In this document: piece after piece, positions 7,490 to 17,657 of the stretch
How the letters are laid out: every line of letters starts with the position of its first letter
Numbering within the stretch: the first letter of the stretch is position 1
Source of the DNA: Minisyncoccota bacterium
GTDB taxonomy: Bacteria; Patescibacteriota; Minisyncoccia; Phycocordibacterales; XYD1-FULL-46-19
Assembly (NCBI GenBank): GCA_041663165.1
Contig: JBAZRF010000001.1
Coordinates: forward strand, 736 to 64,735
Reading direction: 5' to 3'
DNA: 64,000 nucleotides
Made by a program: the position numbers and the translations under genes
The notes under the pieces: model-generated
The model's database searches: none
What the model saw: only the letters and a program-made list of their open reading frames with translations
What the model was told of the DNA's origin: nothing

Positions 7490-9493
7490 ATGAAGAAATT
7501 ACTCATTGGTCTATTAGCGGCGACTTTTCTTATCTCGATAACTGCCGGGATTGCCTCGGCTTACGTGGCGGCCAGCCCCAATTATAAATTAGAGAAGGAT
7601 AGCTTTAATTTTGGTGGGACGGAGTCTTCAGCTTCGGCTAATTATTTAAATAGCGGTACCCTGGGCGAAATAGTTTCCGGTCTTTCTAACGGTAGTAGTT
7701 ATAATGCGAGCACGGGTTATCGCTATATGAATCTAGATTCAAACAGTCCACCAACTGTTATCCGTGGTTGTACCGACCCAAGAGCTTCTAACTATAATCC
7801 GAGGGCAACTCAAAATGATGGTAGTTGTACCTATCCTCCGAGTGGTGGAACTAGGGGTTGTACTGATTCAAGAGCTTCTAACTATAATCCCAGCGCGACG
7901 ATTGATGATGGTAGTTGTACCTACCCACCCGGGGTTATCCGTGGTTGTACCGACCCAAGAGCTTCTAACTATAATCCCAGCGCGACGATTGATGATGGTA
8001 ATTGTACCTACGTGACCGGAGGTATTTTGGGCTGTCTTGATCCTCGGGCCCTTAATTATAATCCGAGAGCAACCGAAGATAATGGCAATTGCACTTATCC
8101 TCCCGGGCCGAGTCTAATTGGTTGTACCAACCCCAAAGCCAACAACTATAATTCGGCCGCTACTCAAGACGATGGGAGCTGTATCTATAGCCCATTTTAC
8201 TCAACAAGCACTGAAGAAATTATTACTCAACCGTCAAGTGATTGGGATTTTCGCTTCATTCAGCCTCAAGAAAAGGTCAAAACTTTCGACAATAAAATGA
8301 GGGTTTGGGTCTTAGGCGAAAAAGATTTAACCATCCTTTTTAATTACAATTTGGCGCCAAGAACTTTAAAAACAATCGGGGTTACCCTAACTGATCCCAA
8401 AGACAAAACAAAGACCTTCTCCTTTTTAATGCATCAAAGTAAAGACGGGGCATCTTATGAAGCAACAATTGCCCCACTTCTTCGCCAGGGGACTTACCCG
8501 GCCGATATTTATATTATCAGTTATGACAGTCAGGCCGTAAAACATATTAAGGGGCGCCTAATTGTTTCGGGGGTGGGAATTTTACCAATCATTGCTCTTA
8601 CCGGATTAGCCCTTAGCTTTTTGCCTTCGCTCTATAATCTATTGGTTGCTCTTTACCAGTTATTTAGCTATTTCTTTGGCCGACGCAAGAATGATAACCC
8701 CTGGGGAACAGTGTATGACTCGGTAACTAAGCGCCCGCTCGATCCGGCCTATCTGACAGTTAGTCAGGGTAGTTTGCCGACTCAGGCTGGTAAAGAAATT
8801 TCGACGGCGATCACCGATATTGATGGACGTTTCAGCTTCTTTTTGCCGGCCGGGGTCTACACCATTAAGGCGAACAAAACTCATTATCGTTTTCCTTCAG
8901 AAAGGTTGGCGGGCAAGAATTCTGACGAGCTGTACAATCATCTTTATTTTGGTAATCAATTTACGACGAACGGCGAGTCGGTTATAAACATTAACATTCC
9001 CATGGACCCGCTTGATTTTGATTGGAACGAGTTTGCCAAAACCAAAACTAATTTCTTTGAATTTTATAATCGGCGCCAATTATGGCTCAGCCGGCTTTAT
9101 AAACTGATTTTTGCTTCGGGCTTTCTCTTGTCAGCTTATGTTTCTTTTGTTTCTCCTTCCGTTTGGAATATCATTATTTTTGCTCTCTACATCGTAATTT
9201 TAGCCATCAATCGCTTTTGGAATAATCGTCAAAAACCACTACAAATCATCGATTCTCGCACCGGTGAACCATTACCCTTTGCTATTCTGCGAGTCTTTTT
9301 GCCCGAACTTAACCAACAAATTAAATATACCGTCGCCGACAAATTGGGACGTTTTTACCTCTTAGTTCGTCCCGGTGCCTACTATTACACAATTGAAGAA
9401 AAACAGTCTGACGGCTCTTATCTTAAGGTTTTGCAATCAAATTTATTAAACCTGCCCAAGGGTATTTTGACAGGGAACATTTATGTGAAATAA
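7490..9493 (+). CDS. Secreted/membrane protein with 5 Cys repeats and carboxypeptidase-regulatory-like domains
   Basis: Signal peptide, 5x GCTDxxAxNYNxxAxxDDGxCxY, TM helices and TDIDGRF/ADKLGRF beta-sandwich motifs. Confidence 0.85.
   Translation: MKKLLIGLLAATFLISITAGIASAYVAASPNYKLEKDSFNFGGTESSASANYLNSGTLGEIVSGLSNGSSYNASTGYRYMNLDSNSPPTVIRGCTDPRASNYNPRATQNDGSCTYPPSGGTRGCTDSRASNYNPSATIDDGSCTYPPGVIRGCTDPRASNYNPSATIDDGNCTYVTGGILGCLDPRALNYNPRATEDNGNCTYPPGPSLIGCTNPKANNYNSAATQDDGSCIYSPFYSTSTEEIITQPSSDWDFRFIQPQEKVKTFDNKMRVWVLGEKDLTILFNYNLAPRTLKTIGVTLTDPKDKTKTFSFLMHQSKDGASYEATIAPLLRQGTYPADIYIISYDSQAVKHIKGRLIVSGVGILPIIALTGLALSFLPSLYNLLVALYQLFSYFFGRRKNDNPWGTVYDSVTKRPLDPAYLTVSQGSLPTQAGKEISTAITDIDGRFSFFLPAGVYTIKANKTHYRFPSERLAGKNSDELYNHLYFGNQFTTNGESVININIPMDPLDFDWNEFAKTKTNFFEFYNRRQLWLSRLYKLIFASGFLLSAYVSFVSPSVWNIIIFALYIVILAINRFWNNRQKPLQIIDSRTGEPLPFAILRVFLPELNQQIKYTVADKLGRFYLLVRPGAYYYTIEEKQSDGSYLKVLQSNLLNLPKGILTGNIYVK
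7757..8186 (+). repeat. Intragenic tandem repeat, ~87-90 bp unit x5
   Basis: 44 nt identical at 7757-7800 and 7934-7977. Units 2 and 3 share their 3' half. Confidence 0.9.
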
Positions 9494-9571
9494 ATCTCTC
9501 CTCCCCCCGCCAGACCTCAAATGAGCCCGAGGTGTGGCGGGTTAGGTATTTTTGTGAAATAATGAGCCATA

Positions 9572-10897
9572 ATGATAGGAACAAATGATAAATTCGTAAT
9601 CACCGGTTTAGCCGGCAGGAAGACTCTGAGCGGACGTATTGGCGTCGGTGGGGCCAAAAATGCTATTTTGAAGGTGTTGGCGGCATCGATTCTTTTTCGC
9701 GATGGCTTTTCGGCCAGTAATGTGCCAATGATTGAAGATGTCGCGCAAATGCTCAACCTGCTTAAAGAGCTCGGCGGTCAAGTTAAGGCACTCGGTCCTC
9801 ATCTCTATGAATTAAAAGCCGATTCGTTTAATAATTTTACGCTCGCTTCAGATTTGTCAAAAAAATTAAGAGCCTCAATTGTTTTGACTGGACCGCTTCT
9901 CGCGCGTTTTGGCGAGGTCCATTTTCCTTTTCCTGGTGGTTGCATAATTGGCAAACGGCCGATTGATTTGTTTTTAGACGGCTTCAAAAAAATGGGTGCG
10001 CAAATTACTGAAACCGACGGACTATTTATTGTTAAAGCGCCTAACGCTAAATTAAAGGGCGCTGAAATATTTTTCAAAAAACAAAGCGTCACCGTGACCG
10101 AAACTTTTTTGATGGCCGCAGTATTGGCTACTGGTAAGACGATTCTGAAAAATTGTGCGTTTGAGCCGGAGATCGAGAGTCTTGGTGAATTCTTAATAAA
10201 ATGTGGCGCAAAGATTAAAGGTTTGGGCACTTCTACTTTAGAAATCGAGGGCGGGGAACTACTTTCTGGCTCTGGTCAAGAATATGTGACTGTTCCTGAT
10301 CGCATCGAAGCGGGCAGCTTCATTATTCTTGGGGCGCTAGCGGCGACCGATCTCACTGTCGAGAACTGCCGACCGGATCACTTGGATTCTCTCATTAATC
10401 TTCTTCGTGAAACCGGGGTTGAATTAGAGGTTGGCGACAGCTGGGTAAGAGTAAAAAATCTTCAACCTGAGAAACAATTTACCGCGGTTGATATAAAAAC
10501 ACATGAGTATCCCGGATTCCCGACCGACTTGCAAGCGCCACTTTCCATTTTTTTGACGCAGGCGGTTGGACAAAGTTTTATTTTTGAAACAATTTTCGAG
10601 GGCCGACTTAATTATTTGGAGGCTCTCAACCGACTTGGCGCTAAAACTAAGATCCTTGATGCTCATCGAGCGATAGTTGATGGCCCCACTCCTTTATCGG
10701 GCCACGAAATTGAGAGCCCCGATCTGCGGGCCGGGCTAGCCTACGTTTTAGCCGCTGTCATTGCTTATGGGCAGTCAGTGGTCCATAATGTCAAATACAT
10801 TGATCGAGGTTATGAACAAATCGAAAAACGACTCCGGGCGATTGGGGTCAAAATCGAAAGAATCGTTGGAAATAAAGATGATTTATGTCTATCTTAA
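9572..10897 (+). CDS. murA: UDP-N-acetylglucosamine 1-carboxyvinyltransferase
   Basis: GAKNA, LRASI, PGGCIIGKRPID, PGFPTDLQ, DLRAG and IDRGYE motifs. Confidence 0.97.
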   Translation: MIGTNDKFVITGLAGRKTLSGRIGVGGAKNAILKVLAASILFRDGFSASNVPMIEDVAQMLNLLKELGGQVKALGPHLYELKADSFNNFTLASDLSKKLRASIVLTGPLLARFGEVHFPFPGGCIIGKRPIDLFLDGFKKMGAQITETDGLFIVKAPNAKLKGAEIFFKKQSVTVTETFLMAAVLATGKTILKNCAFEPEIESLGEFLIKCGAKIKGLGTSTLEIEGGELLSGSGQEYVTVPDRIEAGSFIILGALAATDLTVENCRPDHLDSLINLLRETGVELEVGDSWVRVKNLQPEKQFTAVDIKTHEYPGFPTDLQAPLSIFLTQAVGQSFIFETIFEGRLNYLEALNRLGAKTKILDAHRAIVDGPTPLSGHEIESPDLRAGLAYVLAAVIAYGQSVVHNVKYIDRGYEQIEKRLRAIGVKIERIVGNKDDLCLS

Positions 10898-11898
10898 CAA
10901 CAAAATTAGGAATTGATCTCGGTACGGCCAATACGCTGGTTTACGTGCCTGGCAAGGGGATTGTTCTTAATGAACCGTCAGTGGTGGCGGTTAATCAACT
11001 TGATAACCGGGTAGTGGCGGTCGGTTCGGAGGCTAAGGATATGGTTGGCAAGGCGCCAGATAATATCATGGTTTATAAACCGATGAAGGACGGGGTCATC
11101 GCCGATTATCGCATTACCGAAACGATGCTACGATATTATATTTCTAAGGCTTTGGGTCGTTTTAATTTATTTAAGCCCGATATCATGGTGTCGGTTCCGG
11201 CTGGGGTTACTTCAACTGAACGGCGAGCAGTGATTGAAGCGACAATGCGAGCCGGAGCGAAAAATGCTTACGTGGTTAAAGAACCAATTTTGGCAGCCAT
11301 TGGCGCCGGCATCCCAATTTATGAAGCTCACGGTCACATGATTGTTGATATCGGCGGCGGAACAACTGACGTAGCAGTCATTTCTTTGGGCGGAATTGTC
11401 TCCTCAACTTCGGTTAAGCACGCTGGCAACAAAATTGATCAATCGATCGCCGACTATATTAAGAAAACTTTCAACTTGGCCATTGGCGACAAAACAGCGG
11501 AAGAAGTTAAAGTGACAATAGGGTCAGCGATTCCCATCGAAGATGAGATATCCTACGTTATTAAGGGCCGAGACTTTTTAACCGGCTTGCCCCGCTCAGT
11601 TGAGGTTCGTACCAACGAGATTGTTCGCGCTATCGATAGTGAATTAAAAGAAATCGTTCGCGCCATTAAGACCGTATTCCAAGATACACCGCCCGAGTTA
11701 TCGGCCGATGTAATTGATCAGGGGATTACTTTGACTGGTGGGTCGTCGCAACTGCGTAATTTAGCCGAGCTCGTCTTTCGCAAGACTGGGGTTAAGGCTT
11801 ATGTCGCTGATGACCCGATATATTGTGTCGCGAAAGGCACGGGGATTGCCCTTGAACATCTTGATGTCTATAAAAAAAGCATTATCTCTAAACGCTAA
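10885..11898 (+). CDS. mreB: MreB-family actin-like protein (Mbl-like position after murA)
   Basis: GIDLGTANT, EPSVVA, DIGGGTTDVAVISLGG motifs. Confidence 0.95.
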   Translation: MSILTTKLGIDLGTANTLVYVPGKGIVLNEPSVVAVNQLDNRVVAVGSEAKDMVGKAPDNIMVYKPMKDGVIADYRITETMLRYYISKALGRFNLFKPDIMVSVPAGVTSTERRAVIEATMRAGAKNAYVVKEPILAAIGAGIPIYEAHGHMIVDIGGGTTDVAVISLGGIVSSTSVKHAGNKIDQSIADYIKKTFNLAIGDKTAEEVKVTIGSAIPIEDEISYVIKGRDFLTGLPRSVEVRTNEIVRAIDSELKEIVRAIKTVFQDTPPELSADVIDQGITLTGGSSQLRNLAELVFRKTGVKAYVADDPIYCVAKGTGIALEHLDVYKKSIISKR

Positions 11899-12598
11899 TT
11901 TATTTTCCCATCACGCCTTTTTATTAACGGGGGATAGGGAGTTTTGGAGAGGTATTGTAGAGAAAGAATTAAAGATTTTTCTTAAGCTTGAAAATTTGAA
12001 TAGCTCGCCAGATATCTTATGGCAGAGTTATGAATCGTTCGGAATCAAAGAGGCGCACACGCTGATCGAGCGAGAGGCGCGTAAAGGGTTCGGTACCCAG
12101 GGGCGTTTTTTTGTATTAGAGATTTCGTCAATTACGCCTGAAGCCCAAAATGCTTTACTCAAAACTTTTGAGGAGCCGGCGCCTGATGCCCACTTTTTTA
12201 TTATTGCCCGCAATGCTGAAATTTTTCTTCCCACTCTTCGTTCGCGAATGATTATCTTAAGTAGCGGGGCAGAATTCGGACAGAACGAAGTTGGACTTCA
12301 GGTGAGTCCGAAGTCCAACTTCGTGGATGCCGATCATTTTTTGAAGCTGGATTTCCCCGACCGTCTGGATTTTATCCAAAAAGAATTTCTAAAAAATAAG
12401 GAAACAAATAAAAGCGCCATTATTGATTTTGTGATTGAACTCGAAAAAACCTTACGCGATAAAATCGAGATAAAAAAAATTACCAAAGATGAAGAATTTG
12501 CCCTTCACGAACTTGAGAAATGTCAGCGTTATCTCCAAAATCCGCGCTCGTCTAATCGTTTGATTCTTGAACATCTAGCGCTCATTTTACCAAATTGA
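11864..12598 (+). CDS. holB: DNA polymerase III delta'-like clamp-loader subunit (short)
   Basis: HHAFLL, EAQNALLKTFEEP and LPTLRSR motifs. Start uncertain. Confidence 0.78.
   Translation: MSIKKALSLNANLFSHHAFLLTGDREFWRGIVEKELKIFLKLENLNSSPDILWQSYESFGIKEAHTLIEREARKGFGTQGRFFVLEISSITPEAQNALLKTFEEPAPDAHFFIIARNAEIFLPTLRSRMIILSSGAEFGQNEVGLQVSPKSNFVDADHFLKLDFPDRLDFIQKEFLKNKETNKSAIIDFVIELEKTLRDKIEIKKITKDEEFALHELEKCQRYLQNPRSSNRLILEHLALILPN
12285..12324. repeat. Perfect 15-bp inverted repeat in frame in holB
   Basis: acgaagttggacttc-N10-gaagtccaacttcgt. Confidence 0.88.
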
Positions 12599-12625
12599 AA
12601 AATTACTATATAATCCGGGGTATAT

Positions 12626-13177
12626 ATGGCATATAATTTTTCATCATTTAAGACAAAATTAGGAGAAGTCGAGGAGTGGCTTGGGCGGGAGTATTTGGGC
12701 ATTAGGACGGGTAAGGCGGCGCCAGCAGTATTGGATGGGGTGATGGTGGATGCCTATGGCTCGAAAACGCCGCTTAAACATGTGGCGGCCATCGGCATTG
12801 AGGACGCACGCACCGTGCGCGTTACTCCGTGGGACAAGGGGCAACTGTCAGCTATCCAAACAGCCATTGAGACGTCTAACCTGGGACTGTCGGTGGCGCC
12901 TGACTCGACCGGTTTGAGGGTCATCTTCCCGGCTCTGACTGAAGAGCGGCGCAAGATGCTAATTAAGTTAATGGGCGAAAAATTGGAGGATGCACGGATC
13001 TCGGTACGCAAGGAACGCGAAAAAGTTTGGGGCGAAATTCAAGCCGAAGAAAAAGCGGGAAAGTTGAGCGAAGACGAAAAATTTAAAGGAAAGGATGAAT
13101 TACAAAAACTGATTGATGAAGCCAACAAAAAACTTGAGGATTTGGCCAGTAAAAAGGAAACTGAAATAATGTCGTGA
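12626..13177 (+). CDS. frr: Ribosome recycling factor
   Basis: IRTGKA, PALTEERRK and ARISVR motifs. Confidence 0.97.
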   Translation: MAYNFSSFKTKLGEVEEWLGREYLGIRTGKAAPAVLDGVMVDAYGSKTPLKHVAAIGIEDARTVRVTPWDKGQLSAIQTAIETSNLGLSVAPDSTGLRVIFPALTEERRKMLIKLMGEKLEDARISVRKEREKVWGEIQAEEKAGKLSEDEKFKGKDELQKLIDEANKKLEDLASKKETEIMS

Positions 13178-14277
13178 CCATCATCTTATTCATTATAATT
13201 CTCGCGATTTTGATTTTAACCCACGAAGTGGGGCATTTTGTTACCGCTAAGTTGGCAAAAATTCGTGTGGATGAATTCGGCCTCGGCTTACCACCGAAGA
13301 TTTGGGGTATTAAAAAAGGAGAGACGACCTATTCAATCAATTGGCTGCCACTTGGTGGGTTCGTCAAAATTTTTGGTGAGGACCCAAACGAGGAAAATAC
13401 AACTGGCCCCGACAGTGCCCACTCGTTTGTTAATCGACCTAAATGGATCCAGGCCATAGTGCTCGTGGCCGGAGTTACTCTTAATCTTGTTTTAGCCTGG
13501 CTTCTCATCTCAATCAATTTGGGTATTGGTATGCCGGTTGGACTCGACGGTTTGCCTCAAGGTCTTAAAATCCAAAATGAGTCGCTCTCGGTTGTTAATG
13601 TTCTTAAAGATTCTCCGGCAGCTAAAGCTGGTCTTGAGGTTGGCGATCAATTAATTTCTCTTTCGGCCGATGGAGAAAAAATCAATAATCTGACAGTTGA
13701 GACTGTTCATGATTTTACTAAAAAATTTCCCGGTGAGCCGGTCAGGGTTGAATATCACCGATCTCAAGACCCGACTAATTCTTTTATTTCGGTTACACCC
13801 AAATTAGGAGTTACGGGAGACGGCGCCGCGATTGGTATTGCTACTCAGAAAATTGGCATTGTCTCAACTACCTGGTGGCAGGCGCCGATCTATGGTTTGG
13901 TTTTTACTTATCATTTGATTGTTAATACCTTTCTTTCTTTTGAAACTTTTTTCAGCAATCTTTTTACCGAGGGACGAGGAGCGCTTGGGGCCATTGCCGG
14001 ACCAATCGGCATTTATAGTTTAGTGAGCGATGCCAGCCGTTTAGGTTTTGTTTATTTACTAAATTTCACCGCCTTAATCTCAATTAACTTAGCCATTCTT
14101 AACCTGTTGCCCTTCCCGGCGCTCGATGGTGGTCGCTTGCTTTTTGTTATTATTGAGGCTGTTATTCGTCGACCCATTAACCCTAAGGTGGCCAATACTC
14201 TCAACATGATTGGCTTTGCCCTCCTTCTTCTCCTGATGGCCGTTATCGCCGTGAGCGATGTCATGAAGCTGCTTTAA
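13174..14277 (+). CDS. rseP: Site-2 protease RseP (M50, PDZ)
   Basis: HEVGH, PLGGFV and NLLPFPALDGG motifs, PDZ SPAAKAGL. Confidence 0.95.
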   Translation: MTIILFIIILAILILTHEVGHFVTAKLAKIRVDEFGLGLPPKIWGIKKGETTYSINWLPLGGFVKIFGEDPNEENTTGPDSAHSFVNRPKWIQAIVLVAGVTLNLVLAWLLISINLGIGMPVGLDGLPQGLKIQNESLSVVNVLKDSPAAKAGLEVGDQLISLSADGEKINNLTVETVHDFTKKFPGEPVRVEYHRSQDPTNSFISVTPKLGVTGDGAAIGIATQKIGIVSTTWWQAPIYGLVFTYHLIVNTFLSFETFFSNLFTEGRGALGAIAGPIGIYSLVSDASRLGFVYLLNFTALISINLAILNLLPFPALDGGRLLFVIIEAVIRRPINPKVANTLNMIGFALLLLLMAVIAVSDVMKLL

Positions 14278-14284
14278 GCTACTT

Positions 14285-14313
14285 TTGACCTGCCTGGTCT
14301 TTTGCGATAAGAT
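14285..14313 (+). promoter_or_regulatory. Promoter giving a leaderless proS transcript
   Basis: TTGACC-17-TAAGAT, ATG 6 nt downstream. Confidence 0.65.
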
Positions 14314-14319
14314 AGGGCT

Positions 14320-15570
14320 ATGCGACAGTCTCAACTTTTCACTAAAACGCGCCGCGAAGATCCCAAGGACGAAGTAGCCAAAAACGCCAAATTGCTCATT
14401 CGCGCGGGCTATATCAATAAAGAATTAGCCGGTGTTTATTCTTATTTACCACTCGGTCTCCGAGTTTTAAATAAGATCAATAATATTATTCGCGAAGAAA
14501 TGGAGACGCTTGGCGCGGTGGAACTGGCGATGACCGCTTTGCAAAACCCCGAACTTTATGAAAAAACCAATCGTTGGGAAGACGCGGTTGTCGATAATTG
14601 GTTTAAGACACAATTAAAATCTGGCACGGAACTTGGTTTGGGTTTTACTCACGAAGAAATGATTACTGAATTGATGAAAAGCCATATCAGTTCGTATAAG
14701 GATTTGCCGGTTTATGCTTATCAAATCCAAACCAAGTTTCGTAACGAAGCACGTGCCAAGAGCGGGATTATGCGTGGTCGCGAATTTTTGATGAAAGATC
14801 TTTATTCGTTTAACGACAGTGAAGTCAGTCTGAACGACTTTTATGATCAAGCTAAGGGCGCTTATGAACGGATTTTTGAACGCGTTGGTTTGGGCGACAT
14901 TACTTATATCACTTTTGCTTCAGGCGGAACTTTCAGCAAATTTAGCCACGAGTTTCAAACCTTGTCTGATGCGGGCGAGGATACGATTTATGTGAGTGAG
15001 GAGAAAAAGTTCGCAATTAACAAAGAAGTGCTCGACGAAGAGACTCTGGCCGAAGTCGGTATCGCCCGCGAGGACTTGGTAGAGAAGAAGGCGATTGAAG
15101 TAGGTAACATTTTTAAGTTGGGTGATAAATTTTCGGCACCGCTTGGCCTCTCTTTTACTGACGAAAATGGAGCTAAACGCCCAGTTATTATGGGCAGTTA
15201 TGGTATTGGCCCGGGCCGAATTATGGGCACAGTAGTTGAGACTTTTGCTGATGAGAAGGGGATTGTTTGGCCTAAAAGCATCGCCCCTTTTGATGTTCAT
15301 TTGGTTTGGTTGCCGGGCGATGGCGAATTAGCGGCCGAATTGGCCGACAAGCTTTATGATAGTTTGACCGAATCAGGAATTGAAGTTTTTTACGATGACC
15401 GATCGGCCAGTGCCGGCGAGAAGTTTGCCAACGCCGATTTGCTGGGCATGCCTTATCGCCTAATTGTTAGTGACAAAACTTTAGGGGAAGGAAAGTTTGA
15501 ATTGATGGAAAGGGCGACTGGCGAAACCCGGTGGGTAAGCGAAGAAGAGTTATTCGATTTACTGAAATAA
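14320..15570 (+). CDS. proS: Prolyl-tRNA synthetase lacking INS editing domain
   Basis: LLIRAG, THEE, FRNEAR, REFLMKD, EVGNIF and MGSYGIG motifs, 416 aa. Confidence 0.95.
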   Translation: MRQSQLFTKTRREDPKDEVAKNAKLLIRAGYINKELAGVYSYLPLGLRVLNKINNIIREEMETLGAVELAMTALQNPELYEKTNRWEDAVVDNWFKTQLKSGTELGLGFTHEEMITELMKSHISSYKDLPVYAYQIQTKFRNEARAKSGIMRGREFLMKDLYSFNDSEVSLNDFYDQAKGAYERIFERVGLGDITYITFASGGTFSKFSHEFQTLSDAGEDTIYVSEEKKFAINKEVLDEETLAEVGIAREDLVEKKAIEVGNIFKLGDKFSAPLGLSFTDENGAKRPVIMGSYGIGPGRIMGTVVETFADEKGIVWPKSIAPFDVHLVWLPGDGELAAELADKLYDSLTESGIEVFYDDRSASAGEKFANADLLGMPYRLIVSDKTLGEGKFELMERATGETRWVSEEELFDLLK

Positions 15571-15571
15571 C

Positions 15572-16624
15572 ATGCAGTGGAAGATGCCAAAATTTTTTTC
15601 CAGTGCCATCGGGGTTGACTTGGGTACCTCTAATACTCTTATCTATGTCAAAGGCCGGGGAATTATTATTGCCGAGCCTTCAATTGTCGCGGTTAACCAA
15701 AAAACTGGTCGGGTAGTGGCGGTTGGGAATGATGCCAGTCAAATGATTGGTCGGACACCCGCTCATATTCAAGCCATTCGGCCCTTGGTTAATGGCGTGA
15801 TTTCTAATTTTGAAATGGCCGAGGAGATGCTCTCTTATTTTTTAAAAAAGACTGCTGGTGCAGTTGGCAATAATTTTTTTCGTCCCCGGGTCGTAGTGGG
15901 TGTTCCCTCAAGTATCACCAATGTTGAAAGGAGGGCCGTAAGAGATGCTTTGGAGAGTGCCGGCGCAAGAGAAATTCATGTTATTGAGGAGTCAATGGCG
16001 GCCGCCATCGGTATTAACATGCCTGTTTATGATCCAGTTGGCAACATGATTGTTGATATTGGCGGCGGAACGACCGATATCGCGGTTATTTCACTTGGTG
16101 GAATCGTTCGCTCTAAAAGCTTACATATTGCCGGCGAGCGTTTCAATCAAGATATCATTAATTATGTTCGCGACGAATTTAAAATACTGTTGGGCGAAAG
16201 AACGGCCGAAGAGGTTAAGATAAATATTGGAGCCGCTCTGCGTCAAGGATCAGGTAATGAGGCCCTGGTTCGCGGTAGGGATTTGGTTACTGGTTTGCCA
16301 CGAGAGGTAGCGATTACTGACTCTGACATTCGCGAAGCCATCTTTAATTCCTTGGCAATTTTTGTTGATGCGGTTAAAGAAGTCTTGGAATCCACTCCGC
16401 CGGAAGTTGTGTCTGATATTATGCGTCGCGGCTTGGTGTTAACTGGTGGCAGTGCTAACATGCGGGGACTCCGTGAACTTTTGGAAAAAGAATTAGAAAT
16501 CCCGATTCATTTAGCCGAGGATCCTTTAACGGCCGTGGTTCGTGGCACGGGGGTTGTCCTGGATGATCTTGATCATTACCGGGATATTTTAATTGATAAT
16601 GAGGACGAATTACCTCCACGCTAA
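15572..16624 (+). CDS. mreB: Rod shape-determining protein MreB
   Basis: GVDLGTSNT and DIGGGTTDIAVISLGG motifs, upstream of mreC. Confidence 0.95.
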   Translation: MQWKMPKFFSSAIGVDLGTSNTLIYVKGRGIIIAEPSIVAVNQKTGRVVAVGNDASQMIGRTPAHIQAIRPLVNGVISNFEMAEEMLSYFLKKTAGAVGNNFFRPRVVVGVPSSITNVERRAVRDALESAGAREIHVIEESMAAAIGINMPVYDPVGNMIVDIGGGTTDIAVISLGGIVRSKSLHIAGERFNQDIINYVRDEFKILLGERTAEEVKINIGAALRQGSGNEALVRGRDLVTGLPREVAITDSDIREAIFNSLAIFVDAVKEVLESTPPEVVSDIMRRGLVLTGGSANMRGLRELLEKELEIPIHLAEDPLTAVVRGTGVVLDDLDHYRDILIDNEDELPPR

Positions 16625-17431
16625 ATGCTTGACTATCGCAATCGTAAAAATAAAAACTACTGGTGGCTCGCCGTCTTCACTATTTTAATTGCCTGCCTGC
16701 TTTTTGTTTGGGGTAGTTTCGGTCGGAGTCTGTTCTCGGGATCGTTAGCCTTTTTCACCAAACCGCTTTGGCAAGCAAGCGATAATTTGGGAACGGTCGC
16801 GGCGAATCAACTTTCTGGCTTAGGCCAAAGTCGGTCAGCGCTTTTAGCTGAAAATAAAAATTTACGGGAAGAGAATCGTAAACTAAAAAATTCACTGCTA
16901 GCTCAAAACAGCATTATCGCTGATAATGTTCGGTTAAGATCTATTTTCGGTCGAAACCAAAACAGCATCAAACCAGTTGTTGCTCGAGTTATCTTTTTGC
17001 CGAATTTTGTTCCTTATAATAACCTATTGCTGGATATTGGTAAGAATAACCGGAGTCGTTCTTTTCAGGTTGGTGACCTGGTGGTGGCCGATGGCACAAT
17101 TCTAATTGGCCGAGTCGCCGAAATAGATGATACTTACACCAAAGTTCGATTAATTTCAGCCGAGGCCAATCTGTCGGTCACTATTGGCGTTAAAAACGTT
17201 CCAGCCATCGCTAGCGGGTCGGGAGTTGGTAATTTTACGATCACCTTACCCAAAGACACGCCAGTTTTTGAGGGCGACCGAGTTACTACTCCCTCCCTTG
17301 GTAATTACTTAATTGGTTCTGTTGGCCATATCGAGAAAATGGCTAGTCGTCCAACCCAAACAATTTTAGTCAGAACACCCGTAAACCTTTGGCAACTTAA
17401 GTGGTTAGAAATCTATGACACTAAGACTTAG
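16625..17431 (+). CDS. mreC: Rod shape-determining protein MreC
   Basis: TM, coiled coil, LIGRV and GDRVTT beta region, follows mreB. Confidence 0.85.
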   Translation: MLDYRNRKNKNYWWLAVFTILIACLLFVWGSFGRSLFSGSLAFFTKPLWQASDNLGTVAANQLSGLGQSRSALLAENKNLREENRKLKNSLLAQNSIIADNVRLRSIFGRNQNSIKPVVARVIFLPNFVPYNNLLLDIGKNNRSRSFQVGDLVVADGTILIGRVAEIDDTYTKVRLISAEANLSVTIGVKNVPAIASGSGVGNFTITLPKDTPVFEGDRVTTPSLGNYLIGSVGHIEKMASRPTQTILVRTPVNLWQLKWLEIYDTKT

Positions 17432-17657
17432 CTTTGCCCTTTTGTCTATTATTTTAGTCACATTCTTGCCTTGGTGGGCAAGCGCCTTGATCTTGTTATT
17501 GTCAGTTTTTATTTTTCCTTGGTATTATGAGGCCGTTCTCTCCGTTCTTGTGTATGATCTCCTCTATGGATCGGGCATTTTTTGGCTAACCATCATTACT
17601 CTTTTTATAATCCCGTTAATTGAGGAACTCAAAAAAAGGCTGTATGTTTTTAATTAG
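17415..17657 (+). CDS. Short hydrophobic protein at the mreD position
   Basis: 80 aa, entirely hydrophobic, between mreC and mrdA. Confidence 0.65.
   Translation: MTLRLSFALLSIILVTFLPWWASALILLLSVFIFPWYYEAVLSVLVYDLLYGSGIFWLTIITLFIIPLIEELKKRLYVFN

Noticed and set aside
7757-8186. Regularly spaced repeats resembling a CRISPR array
   Set aside because: They are in-frame coding repeats without unique spacers, and no cas genes are present
14320-15570. ProRS without an editing domain alongside stand-alone YbaK
   Set aside because: Established trans-editing arrangement
10885-16624. Two mreB paralogs
   Set aside because: Known arrangement (murA-mbl-like plus mreBC-mrdA)
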